A stretch of 64,000 nucleotides of DNA from Piromyces finnis finn (lineage: Eukaryota > Fungi > Neocallimastigomycota): the NCBI GenBank assembly GCA_002104945.1, contig MCFH01000063.1, positions 186,001 through 250,000 of the forward strand. Reading direction: 5' to 3'. The notes below the pieces were generated by a model, which worked only from the letters and a program-made list of their open reading frames with translations, was not told the DNA's origin and ran no database searches. This document shows positions 12,786-25,197 of this stretch, piece by piece; the stretch's first letter is position 1, and every line of letters starts with the position of its first letter. The position numbers and the translations under genes were made by a program.

Positions 12786-15700
12786 TTAAATTAAATTTCT
12801 TTCTTTAGAACAGTATAATCTAAAGTCCATTGATTGGCCTATCTTAATATCACAGTCTTTTTCTTGTAATTTTTCTTCTAATAAACCTATTTCATTATTA
12901 AACATTCTTTCATTTTCTGGAGTATAAGTCAATTCATTTTTCCATAATTCTGGCTTATACGATAACATATTAAAAATACTCCAATCATAATTTTTAAATT
13001 GATCACTTATTAAATATCTAGATATAACCTTTTGAATAGCATAAAAATAATCTACTTCTTTAATAAAAAGATTATCTTTTTTAAAGTATTCATCCAAAAT
13101 ACTAATTTGTTGCTTGTTCAATTTATTATTGGCTTCATTTGAAACGTATTCTTCAATATTTTTAAAACTTCTTGCTTCTAAATAGTCATACATACTAATT
13201 AATTGATTTAATTTAATCTTTAATGAATCCTTATGAATACCAATTAATTGATTTAATCTATTCTTTAATGAATCCTTATGAATCTCATGAATAAATTAAC
13301 AAAACTTCTCATCTAGTTTAACACTTTTCTTGGGTAATCTATTTATTTCATCCAGTAAAAGTTCATCGCCATTAATATTTTCAGTTGCAAAATATATAAA
13401 GAGATTTTGTAAATTATTTAAAATAGAACAGATATCAATTTGTGTGTTGTTATTATAGCATGTTTGATATTGTTTTTAATTGTTTTGGATAAAGACCTTT
13501 CCTCATGTAGCTTTTGTTTGAAATTGTATATAATATTAAAGTTTTTGGTAAATCTTTCATTTTTATATGAAATAAAGTTTTGTTCATCTTTAGATTTTAA
13601 CAATATTTTCCCTGGAAGTAGTAGATTACAAAGTTCCACTTCAATTCTTTGAAAATCATAGACCACATTTTTATAGTTGGTATAACTAAGCTTTCCATTT
13701 TGTTCTTTATAATATTTATTATTTGAAAATACAGAAATGACATCCTTGATGGAATCATAAAGTTTATTAAATGAGATAATCTCATTGTATGTGGCATCCT
13801 GAACCGTAATATAGTTTTCCGTTTGATTTTGAAAAGGTTTCAAGTAATATTTTAGATTGTTTTCCGGAATCAGAGATTTTAAAATTTCATTATGAATAGA
13901 GATAATATCATTATAATAGGTAGCCATGTATTTTCCAAAACCATCTTCGAAAGTATCATTTAAAACATAGGCCAGGCAATCATTTTCATCAATATTCTTG
14001 GGAGTTAATCCACCATGACAATCAAAGTTGGTTAAAATTTTATATACACTATTCCAACCTTTTTTAAAATTTACAAAAAGGTTTTTCATTTTTTCATCTT
14101 TTTCTAATTCATTCTTTATACTTGATTGTTTTGCTTCATTTCTCGTTAGTTTATTGGAATACTTTTCCAATACATATACAACAAATGGATTTATGAATTG
14201 GAAACTTTCCAGAATTTTTATTTTATCAGGATTTTCAATGGTATATTTGAAATAGGTAGTGAGTATAGGATATTTGTGCTCCTTATCGGAAATGTCCTTA
14301 AATAAATTATAAAATGTATCGTATGTGGAGTAATTTATGGCAAAAAAATATCTTATCAATGGAAATTCGTTATTAGGTAAACGTTCAATATCAGAGATTT
14401 CTTCTAAAATACATTTTATGGTGAAATCATCGTAATTAAGAATGGCATTTCTGTCTTTTATGGATTGTTGATAGAAATTATTAAAATTGGTTTCTAAAAG
14501 AGCAGATTCAATTATTTCATTACATTTTTTTTCAAATTGATTTCTTTCCTCCGCCGTCACCATTTTCATATCATTATTTAATATTAAATGGGCAATTTTT
14601 GGAATTATCATATTTAAAAAGCATGGCACTTTATTTTCAACACCTCTTCTTCCCAACTCAATATTTAATGTATGCCAGATATCATTTAAAATTGAAATCA
14701 TTGATGAATTGGAATCTAAATACGAAAATTCTTTTAATTCACTTTCACCAATATAATTTAATTTTCCGTCAATGTACAGGCATGAGAAAAAAATAAAACT
14801 TAATATTCGATAGGTAACATTAGAAATATTTCTTATTTTCTTGTGTATATTATGGAAACAGTTTTTGTGTAATCTTCTAAATCCAGGTGTTTCTTCTTTT
14901 ATTTTTTGATTAATATCATTTAATAAATTATCAATAAGTATACCGGGAATATGTGGGAAACTATTTTTTTCTTGTTGATTTGAATAAATTCGCATATGAT
15001 CTTTTCTTGAAATCAATATATGATTAATACCACCGATTTGCTTTTTACAATTGGCACAAGTACCGATATACCCAGGTTGTGTACAATCCCCCAGATAGTA
15101 TGATTTTCCACAATCACATACATAGGCACCATATAGGCGAGTACTGTTATTATTAAAGTATTCTTGAATTTCTTTTGCCGAATCCACTAATAAAGTATGG
15201 TATATTTCACCACCAGGAATATATAATTTTTTAAGAATTTCCACAGCATTGCCTGAAATAATATCAGAATAGAAGGTGTTTGGCTTTGAAAGTGAACTAA
15301 TTAACGCAAATTTATTGGCGTACATTAACACTTCGAATTCCGTATTGGATAAATTTTTAATTGTATTATACTCCTGGCTTAAGGAGGCGTAGTCATAATA
15401 AATTTTTAAAATATTTTCAGAAGGTGTTGGTAAATTTAATTTACTTTTAACGTTTTGATAAGATAAGAACATAACTTTTTATAGTATGATTTGTTAAAGT
15501 TTTCCGAGTGAATAAAACTTGATATTTCTTTATTTATTATCATATCATAAAAAATCAAAAGTGTATCTTTATTTAACATATCATTTAGTTCATGATCACT
15601 TTCATTTTGAAACTTAGCAATTTTATTTATGTCGTACAATTCACTAAACTTTTTGTATTGTTTGACGGAACCCTCTTGTAAAAATAAATGGTTTAAAACG

Positions 15701-17332
15701 AAATTTGACTTTTCAGAAAAATCAAAATCATTTATAAACAATTGCTTTTTCTTTACAAATTTCAGTAAATCTGAATAATCATTTATAATGATTTTGTTTA
15801 ATATTCTCAAGATATAAATTTTTATTATTTTATTTAATTTTGTTTTGTCTAAAAATTCAAATACTTGAGATAAATTAAGATTTGTAGCATCTTCCTTGTA
15901 GAGGGTATTACACAGGTGGAAACAATAACATTTTATATACGAAATTGTATATAGCATACTTACCTTGTTTTCTCTTGTAATTTAACTATTATTCGCATCT
16001 ATATAATTAACATATTTTTTAAAAAGATCGAAGGATTGCTCTAGAATTTTGTCTTCATCACTGTACTGAGAATTAAAATAATTGATGAAATAGCCATTAA
16101 ATACTGATATTAACACCTCATCGACCAAATAATTAGTGGTTTGATTTAAGAATTTAATAATACTATGACTATTTCTAATATTTTGTAGTGCTAGGAAAGT
16201 ACAATCATTTAAATCATTAGGAATACTATTATTGTTTTTAATATTCATATTCTTATAATTAATACCAGTGCATCTGTTGAACAATAATTTAAAAAAGTTT
16301 TTAAATTTAAAAATATTATCTTCTTGGGAACAAACAATCTTTAAAAGTTGTATTTGATATTCATCATCTTCACATATTTTTATTTTATTATTGATTAATT
16401 TTACCACTAAACTATCATATATATAAGAATAGGATAGTAAATTCTTTTTTAAGAAATTGAATTCCTCTTCAATCAAAATAATCATAAGTATTTCCAAAGG
16501 GAGTATAAAATTTTAAATTAAAGCGTTCATTTTCTTTCTTTAAAATTCCTAAATAATAGGATAAACAAGATTTTAAATGACAGACAGTGTCATTAAAGGC
16601 ATCCTTAACACAAATGAAATCTTGAATATAGAATAGTTGTTTAAATTTTAATTTTAATTTAAAACTTGTTTTCATCGACAAATCCCTTAATCCTCTTAAT
16701 TTTTCTGTAAATAACTCAATACTTTGAGTTGATACATTGTTTTTATTGAACCATTCTTTAAGATTAAGAATATGATTAAAGGTGCTTTCATACAAATTAT
16801 ATATAATTAGTATTTCCTTTGGAACTTCATCTCTCTTTTCATAAACTAGGTTTATTGTTTTTACATCAAATTGAGAAAGTGAATTGAAGTAATCAACATA
16901 CTCTGTTAAACCCATTATTTCATCTTTAAATGATACAATAAATAAAATAAACTTTGCTATATTTTTCTTTGTATAATTTAAAGAGCCAAATAATAAATGA
17001 TAGAGTCTAAAATACAATTTACCTATATATTCTTCACCCACTATTGGGTTTTTGGATTTAGATAAATAAAAGTAAATATATTTCTCTAATACATTGTATT
17101 CCTTATTATTATATCTATTAAATACGAGTTTATTTAAGAATATTTCATCACTGAATTTATTATAAATATTATCATATAAATTTTCTTTATATGAATAATC
17201 ATCATTTTCAGAATTTTTATTCAAATTGACAGCTTCAAAGTAACACTTTTTTAAACTTCTAATAATATATTCATATATGGCCTTGAATTCGGTACATGAT
17301 CTATCATTTTGTTGTTGTTGATTATAATTCAT
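12786..17332 (-). pseudogene. RNF213/mysterin-like E3-module gene with RZ-type zinc finger; intronless, broken by frameshifts and stops
   Basis: Five consecutive ORFs. Frame changes near 16480, 15450 and 13430; in-frame TAA at 15982 and near 13297. RZ motif CDCGKSYYLGDCTQPGYIGTCANCKKQIGGINH at 15020-15118. No Walker A/B motif seen. Confidence 0.75.
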
Positions 17333-18079
17333 TATTAATAATTAAAGTGAAGTAAATACTATAAGTTTGTTTTATTATAATACTATATTGTAATAAAATA
17401 AAAAAGAACTTTAAAAAACAAGTTATCTTTCAAACTTTTTTTTTTTTTTTATAGTTTTCTACTATCAACATTTTTTTTTTTTTGAAGTATTTATATATAA
17501 TATTGGAACTAAGGTTATTGAATTTTTTAAAAAAATTTTTTTTTAATTTAAAAAATTAAAATATAGCCAATAAGCAAAGAAGTTTATAGATTATGTCTAT
17601 TTTTTATAATAAAAATTAAAAATTTAAAAAAAAAAGATTTCTTTTATTCGTATGAAAATAATAATTCTATTCTATTATAAACTGTAAACTACTACTACAT
17701 TTTAAACATATTTAGACAAATAAATCAAAGTGTGGAATAAACACAATGAATTATGGACAAATAAACTAAAAAAAATAATAGAATCATTTGATATGTTTTT
17801 ATTTAAAAAAAAAAATATTTACATTTGGACTTTTTTTATTTAATTATATAATTATGATTATTATTAATATGATTGAATTTTTAAAATAATTGATCTAAAT
17901 ACTAATTTTTAGTATATTCCTTTTATATATTTTTATTATTAATTATTTAGTAAAAAAAAACATAGCTATAAAATATTATTTAAAATTCATAGAAAATCAA
18001 TAATTATTAAGATAATGAAATATGAAATATGTCTATTCATCTTTTTTTCTAAATATATTTTATATTTTATATTTTATAT

Positions 18080-18771
18080 TACTATTACTATTACTATTAC
18101 TATTACTATTACTATTACTATTACTATTACTATTACTATTACTATTACTATTACTATTACTATTACTATTACTATTACTATTACTATTACTATTACTATT
18201 ACTATTACTATTATATTACTATTACTATTACTATTACTATTACTATTACTATTACTATTACTATTACTATTACTATTACTATTACTATTACTATTACTAT
18301 TACTATTACTATTACTATTACTATTACTATTACTATTACTATTACTATTTACTATTACTATTACTATTACTATTACTATTACTATTACTATTACTATTAC
18401 TATTACTATTACTATTACTATTACTATTACTATTACTATTACTATTACTATTACTATTACTATTACTATTACTATTACTATTACTATTACTATTACTATT
18501 ACTATTACTATTACTATTACTATTACTATTACTATTACTATTACTATTACTATTACTATTATTACTATTACTATTACTATTACTATTACTATTACTATTA
18601 CTATTACTATTACTATTACTATTACTATTACTATTACTATTACTATTACTATTATATTACTATTACTATTTATTTATTACTATTACTATTACTATTACTA
18701 TTACTATTACTATTACTATTACTATTACTATTACTATTACTATTACTATTACTATTACTATTACTATTACT
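18080..18771. repeat. (TTACTA)n hexanucleotide array, ~690 bp, few interruptions
   Basis: Direct reading; accounts for the poly-IT/L/Y ORFs. Confidence 0.97.
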
Positions 18772-20129
18772 TATCTATTCATATTTATTACAATAAAATA
18801 TATTTAAATAAAGGATTAATTTAATATTATCATTAATATATTTATTTATTTATTATGATTTAATGTATTATTGATAATAAAAAATCATTATTTTCTTTGA
18901 TAATTAATTTTTCTATTAAATAGTTATTTACAATAAGTATATCAAATATAATATAATTAGGCAATACATATGGATAAATTACGTAGTTTCTCCGAGAAAA
19001 TAATTTTACTAGTTTTTGATACTTCTTTTTATTAAATATCATAAAAAATGACCGATTTTCACCTTTTGCAGATACTATTTAAAGTATTTTCAAAAAGTAT
19101 TACAAATTGAAATGATGCGTTGACCAATATATTTTTGAATAATATAATGTTTTTAATAAATAATAAATTCTATATTATTATGATGAAACAATAAATTTAA
19201 AATAAAATAAAATATGTTTTATAATTAACAAATAAATCACTCAAAACTCGAAAATAAACTCTTATTATGTTTTAAATTAAATCTTTATTATATTTTATAA
19301 TTTATTTATTATCTATTTATTGTCTTTTTATTCTCTATTTATCGTCCCCCTTTTTATGAAGAAGAATTTTATCTTCCTTTTATACATTTTCATTTATTAC
19401 ATGTATTATTATTTTTAACTATTAAATATTATTATTACTATTGTTATTATTTACTAAAATTAAAAGAATGAATTAAAATTATGTCTTAGTATTATAAAAT
19501 ATTATAGAATATTACTTATTTGATTTTCTTATTACTTCAAAATGTTTAAATTTAGAAAAATTATTATTAATTATCATTGACTATCATTAAATGTATAATA
19601 CCTTGAATAAAATAATTAAAATTTAAAATTAAAATAATATTAAAATAAAATTAAAATAAAATTAAAACAAAATTAAAATATTAAAAGTATCAATTATTAT
19701 AAGTACACACTTTATACAGAAACATAAAAGAGTTCTGTATTTTATCTTAAAATCGTTATTACTGTTCTATTTCCAGGTTTTAAGTTTATCATTTTTAGTA
19801 ATAATTACTCAATTTTCTATTTATTAATTTATAAGTTTACAAGAATTTCTAGAGAACACTTGGATAAAACACTAGAATTAATAATTTGATGTATACCATT
19901 TTATTTTTAGTTTATTTATTCATTTTTATTTATTTATTATTATTTTATTATTTTAGTACATTATTGGATTAAGTCGTTTTATTTTATTTAATAATTTATT
20001 TTATTTAATAATTTATTTTATTATTATCACTATTAGGTCATTTTTACTCAGAATTTATTATATAATAAAGAGAATATTATTTATTTAAGAAAGGGTTATA
20101 TTTTCATAAAATTATTATTCATTCATTTT

Positions 20130-21380
20130 TAAGGGTTATTATCATTTATTTTTATTATAAGTTACTATGGGTTAAGTCGTGTTTATTCAGCTAGTTTTTA
20201 TTATGTTTTTATGTGAGTAGTGTATCAAAAATGGTACAGAATTTCTATAAGTATCTTTTTATTTATTATTTGGGACAATACAACAATTATAAATAACAAA
20301 TTTATATTCTAGATGAATAGTTATTATTTTATTTTATTATTTATTTATTATTTTATTATTTTATTACATGTTTTATTATTATAAATAGGATTTATTAGGA
20401 TACATGTATTATTATTTATTCTTAAAAATAGGTATAATCTTAGAAAATAAACTAATATTATTGTTAATTCCTTCACTAAATCTAACAACAATATTATTTA
20501 TTCTTCTATTATTATCACCTTTATTTATTTTATTTATAATATAACTAATATTAACTAATAAACTCACTAAACTAAAACTAACTTTTTTTTATAAATGCGT
20601 CTTTCTCTTCCTTAAATAATTATATTTTTATCATCATTATATTAAATTATAAAAAGTTTATTTTACTTTATTAAATTATTTACAAGGTATTAATTTTGTG
20701 AAATAAATTTAATTAATAAATAATTTTATTAATAAGGTTAACAAAGAGAAAAAGTTACATTGTAAATATTACAGTTATATAATGAGATATAAGGTTATGT
20801 GATCATAAAAAATAAAATAAAAATCTCTAAAACACGTAGACATTACGTTTACAACACTTTTAATACATGTTTATGTTTTTATAAACTAGACACGTGTGTT
20901 TATAAATATTTGATATAGATAAATAAAATTATGTGTCCATAAATGTTCACAAATTTAATTTACTTATTATTACTATCGCTATATAAATTTATTAATTAAA
21001 AATATTTATATATATATATTTTATAAGGGTTATTTCATTTACCAAATATATGGATTTATTACATTTTTCTAAATATGTTGTATCAAAAATGGTACAACCT
21101 GTTTGTTTTGTTTGTACCTTTATATGGATCAATACAACTAGAATGAATAAAACAATTATTATATTATAATGAAATAACACAACAATAAAAAATGATTTTT
21201 ATATTTTATGTATTATTGTTTATATTCTTTTTATTTATCTTTGATCAATAATGTACTATTAATGATTTAAACTCTTATAATAGAAATAAATAAGTATAAT
21301 TCACTAGATTATAATCTGAATATCACTATTAATTCCTACTTAAATCTAATAATAATATTATTTATCTATCTAGTATTATC
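20130..21380. repeat. Diverged direct repeat pair (~20130-20520 vs ~21024-21380), possibly old LTR relics
   Basis: Shared anchors TAAGGGTTATT(A)TCATTT, TGTATCAAAAATGGTACA (20221/21079) and TTAATTCCT..CTAAATCTAA.AA.AATATTATTTAT, with an offset of ~860-890 bp. Confidence 0.5.
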
Positions 21381-21652
21381 ACTTATGCCTATTTTCTTAT
21401 TATTATTTCTTATTATCTTCTTATATCGTTTCTTCTCTTTTAATTTTTATTAATTCTCTTTTATTAAATACTCTTTGTTGTAATTAAGGTTTTTAGTCTT
21501 TTTAATTAATTTTATTTATAATTTTTATTTTAGTTATTGCTATAAGCGTTATTAATTAAATCAATAATTGTTAGCTTATAAATTTATATATTAAATTTTT
21601 ATTAAACCTAAAATACTTAAAGTAGAATTATTATTAGTAAAATTAAAGGTTA

Positions 21653-22298
21653 TGTCAAGAGTTAGAGTGGATTTAGAATTATAATTAAGTCTATTAGGTT
21701 AGGATAGGCTTAATTATATAGTAAATAATAAATTTTTATAAATAAAAGAGTAATAAATATTATAGTTTTTTAAGAAATATTTTATTTAATTTTTATAATA
21801 TAAGTAAATGATAATTATTAATTTTAAATATTGAATTTACTATATAAAAATGAGTATAATAATCTCACAAAGAACTTCTTAAAGTTGTTCTTTGTTCAAC
21901 TTATTTATACTTCATTTTTAATATAATGTTGATATTAATAAAGTATAATAATAATATAATTTAAGTTATACATGTATAATAATATAAATATAAATATTAA
22001 TAAAATATAATAGTAATAATAATATAATTTTCTTTAAATATCGATATTAATAAGTTGTTAAAAATAATATTAATAATTATTTAAATGAATCTTATTTTAC
22101 TAATTGGTTTGTTTAATGTTAATTAATTGTTACACTCTATTTATCTCCGGATAATAAATAGCTTTCCAATTAATATTTATATTAAATAAACTATTATTAG
22201 TAAAATATTATTAAATTAATATTTTAATTAATTTAACTAATAATTCAAAATTATGAAATTTCATGAAATGTCAAATTTCATGAATTGTGATTTTGACA
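21653..22298. mobile_element. Solo LTR, family A (646 bp)
   Basis: Ends TGTCAAG...TTTTGACA; 5-bp TSD GGTTA at 21648-21652 and 22299-22303; near-identical inverted copy at 37317-37962. Confidence 0.9.
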
Positions 22299-22303
22299 GG
22301 TTA

Positions 22304-23435
22304 TGTTAAGTTTTTGGGTTTGGTTATGCGGCCAGGTCAGAATGTTATTAATTATATAGTAAAAATGTTTTTTAAGAAATTAAATTTAATTATAAAATAA
22401 CACCTTAAACTCCCAAATGAAAAATGAAAAATTTATATTTACTTTAAAATAACTTTTTATAAATTTTTTATTTATTTAATAATAATAATATAAATGATAT
22501 TATAAGTAACTATATAATTAAGATTATAACTATAATCTTTACAAAGAATTAAAATCGAATTCAATTCATTCTCTTTTATATTCTTTGTTCAGATTATTAA
22601 ATTGATATTAATAAGAATAAAGTATTACATGTAATATATTAGTAATATAATTAAATAAGTAATAAGATTGTTTGTTTGTTTGTTTGTTTGTCATGACATA
22701 AAATAAAATAAACATATGATTAATCATTTAAACAGTTGATCCTAATTAGTAATTATAAAAACTATTCAATTAATAATTCATCATTATTAATTGATATTAC
22801 CATAACATATTTGTTATAATTAAATAATTATTATTTTCAAAATTATTTCTAATAAAACTTGCCGTTAACCTATTTTATAATAATTAAGATTATTTAATTT
22901 ATAGGTGTTAACTGTTACACCTAGATGGGTCTAGTTCTATTTTTAGTAACAATCGTTATCATTAATTAAATTAATATAACTAAAATTCCTATTGATATAT
23001 TTTTAATTTCATCAAGTCATAAGAAATATTTATGATCCATACTTGATATCATATTGATTTTAATTTACCTAATAAAATCTTTAAATGATCATAACTTCCT
23101 TAAATGATCAGTTAGAAGGACCGCGATTGTACCAAATTGTAGCTTTCTTCCTAAGCTTTCCAATAAACCTAGTTTCATCACCGTAGCACTTACAGCCGTA
23201 GCGATCGTTTTTGGCGAGTTACACCTTATTTCGTACTTGCTTATTTTTGGTTAAGGGTTATAGTGTATTGATATTAAATTTTTGAAATCATAACCCTTTC
23301 ACTGAATCAAAATTTAAAAGGTGACTTTTAAAAGTGTTTTAAAATAATTATTGAAATTACTTAATTATAATTATTATGTTTAATTAATTATAGATATTAT
23401 CTGAATTTGTTTTAAATCCAGTTAATATCTTCACA
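22304..23435 (-). mobile_element. Solo LTR, family B (1132 bp)
   Basis: TGTTAAG...CTTCACA; flanked by GGTTA (22299-22303, 23436-23440); ~99% identical to the LTRs of the adjacent full element. Confidence 0.93.
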
Positions 23436-24976
23436 GGTTATGTTAAGTTTTTGGGTTTGGTTATGCGGCCAGGTCAGAATGTTATTAATTATATAGTAAA
23501 AATGTTTTTTAAGAAATTAAATTTAATTATAAAATAACACCTTAAACTCCCAAATGAAAAATGAAAAATTTATATTTACTTTAAAATAACTTTTTATAAA
23601 TTTTTTATTTATTTAATAATAATATAAATGATATTATAAGTAACTATATAATTAAGATTATAACTATAATCTTTACAAAGAATTAAAATCGAATTCAATT
23701 CATTCTCTTTTATATTCTTCGTTCAGATTATTAAATTGATATTAATAAGAATAAAGTATTACATATAATATATTAGTAATATAATTAAATAAGTAATAAG
23801 ATTGTTTGTTTGTTTGTTTGTTTGTTTGTCATGACATAAAATAAAATAAACATATGATTAATCATTTAAACAGTTGATCCTAATTAGTAATTATAAAAAC
23901 TATTCAATTAATAATTCATCATTATTAATTGATATTACCATAACATATTTGTTATAACTAAATAATTATTATTTTCAAAATTATTTCTAATAAAACTTGC
24001 CGTTAACCTATTTTATAATAATTAAGATTATTTAATTTATAGGTATTAACTGTTACACCTAAATGGGTCTAGTTCTATTTTTAGTAACAATCGTTATCAT
24101 TAATTAAATTAATATAACTAAAATTCCTATTGATATATTTTTAATTTCATCAAGTCATAAGAAATATTTATGATCCATACTTGATATCATATTGATTTTA
24201 ATTTACCTAATAAAATCTTTAAATGATCATAACTTCCTTAAATGATCAGTTAGAAGGACCGCGATTGTACCAAATTGTAGCTTTCTTCCTAAGCTTTCCA
24301 ATAAACCTAGTTTCATCACCGTAGCACTTACAGCCGTAGCGATCGTTTTTGGCGAGTTACACCTTATTTCGTACTTGCTTATTTTTGGTTAAGGGTTATA
24401 GTATATTGATATTAAATTTTTGAAATCATAACCCTTTCACTGAATCAAAATTTAAAAGGTGACTTTTAAAAGTGTTTTAAAATAATTATTGAAATTATTT
24501 AATTATAATTATTATGTTTAATTAATTATAGATATTATCTGAATTTGTTTTAAATCCAGTTAATATCTTCACAACGCCCTCCCTAGGAATTCGTATTCCA
24601 GACGAATTCTATGAACTGGAGCGAAAAGTAAAAATTTTTGATTTTTAAAAAAATTTTTTCGAGAGGAAGTAATAATTTCAAAAGGTCACTTGGCCATTGT
24701 GAGATTTTTGAAATTTCACTTTTTGAAAAATTTTCTTGTAGGTAAAATTTTAATAATAAAATTGATACTGCAGATTTTGAATATGAAAATAAAAATAAAA
24801 AATAATAAAGTTTTAATATGATAATTGAAAAATATTCGGTGTAAAAATTTTTGAAATGTTGAAATTTCAAAATTTTGTGATGAGTTAAATTTCGAAATTT
24901 AGTTGTTATAAAAATATTTTGTAAATGGTGTAAAAGTTATTTTAAGAGAATTATTGACTTATTAATATTATTTTAA

Positions 24977-25197
24977 TTAATTATATGCTATAGAAGCATA
25001 ATGTCGTCCACTTTTTAAATATTTTTGATAAATGTATTGATTACGTGGATTGTCTTCTACTTCACTTGCTGGTACCCAATTATAAGCGGAACGGTATTTG
25101 TATCGAATTTTATATTCATATCGTTGTTGTTTATAATTTGTACGGAATCCAGATATTTCCACTATATCTTTTATTGATTCTGGATCCGCAGTTCTAT
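24977..25197 (-). CDS. Chromodomain-like C-terminal extension of integrase, out of frame with pol by 1 nt
   Basis: RILNRTADPESIKDIVEISGFRTNYKQQRYEYKIRYKYRSAYNWVPASEVEDNP resembles the chromodomain pattern (I..R....EY.V.W....TW.P...). One extra T in the TTTT run just before the pol stop would fuse it in frame (EF-LNRT). Confidence 0.65.

Noticed and set aside
18015-18824. 269-aa and 261-aa ORFs of poly-IT, poly-L and poly-Y
   Set aside because: Translation of the (TTACTA)n array.
24583-24870. 95-aa ORF in the retroelement 3-prime UTR (env-like candidate)
   Set aside because: TTG start, low-complexity K/F/I composition, no signal peptide or TM pattern typical of env.
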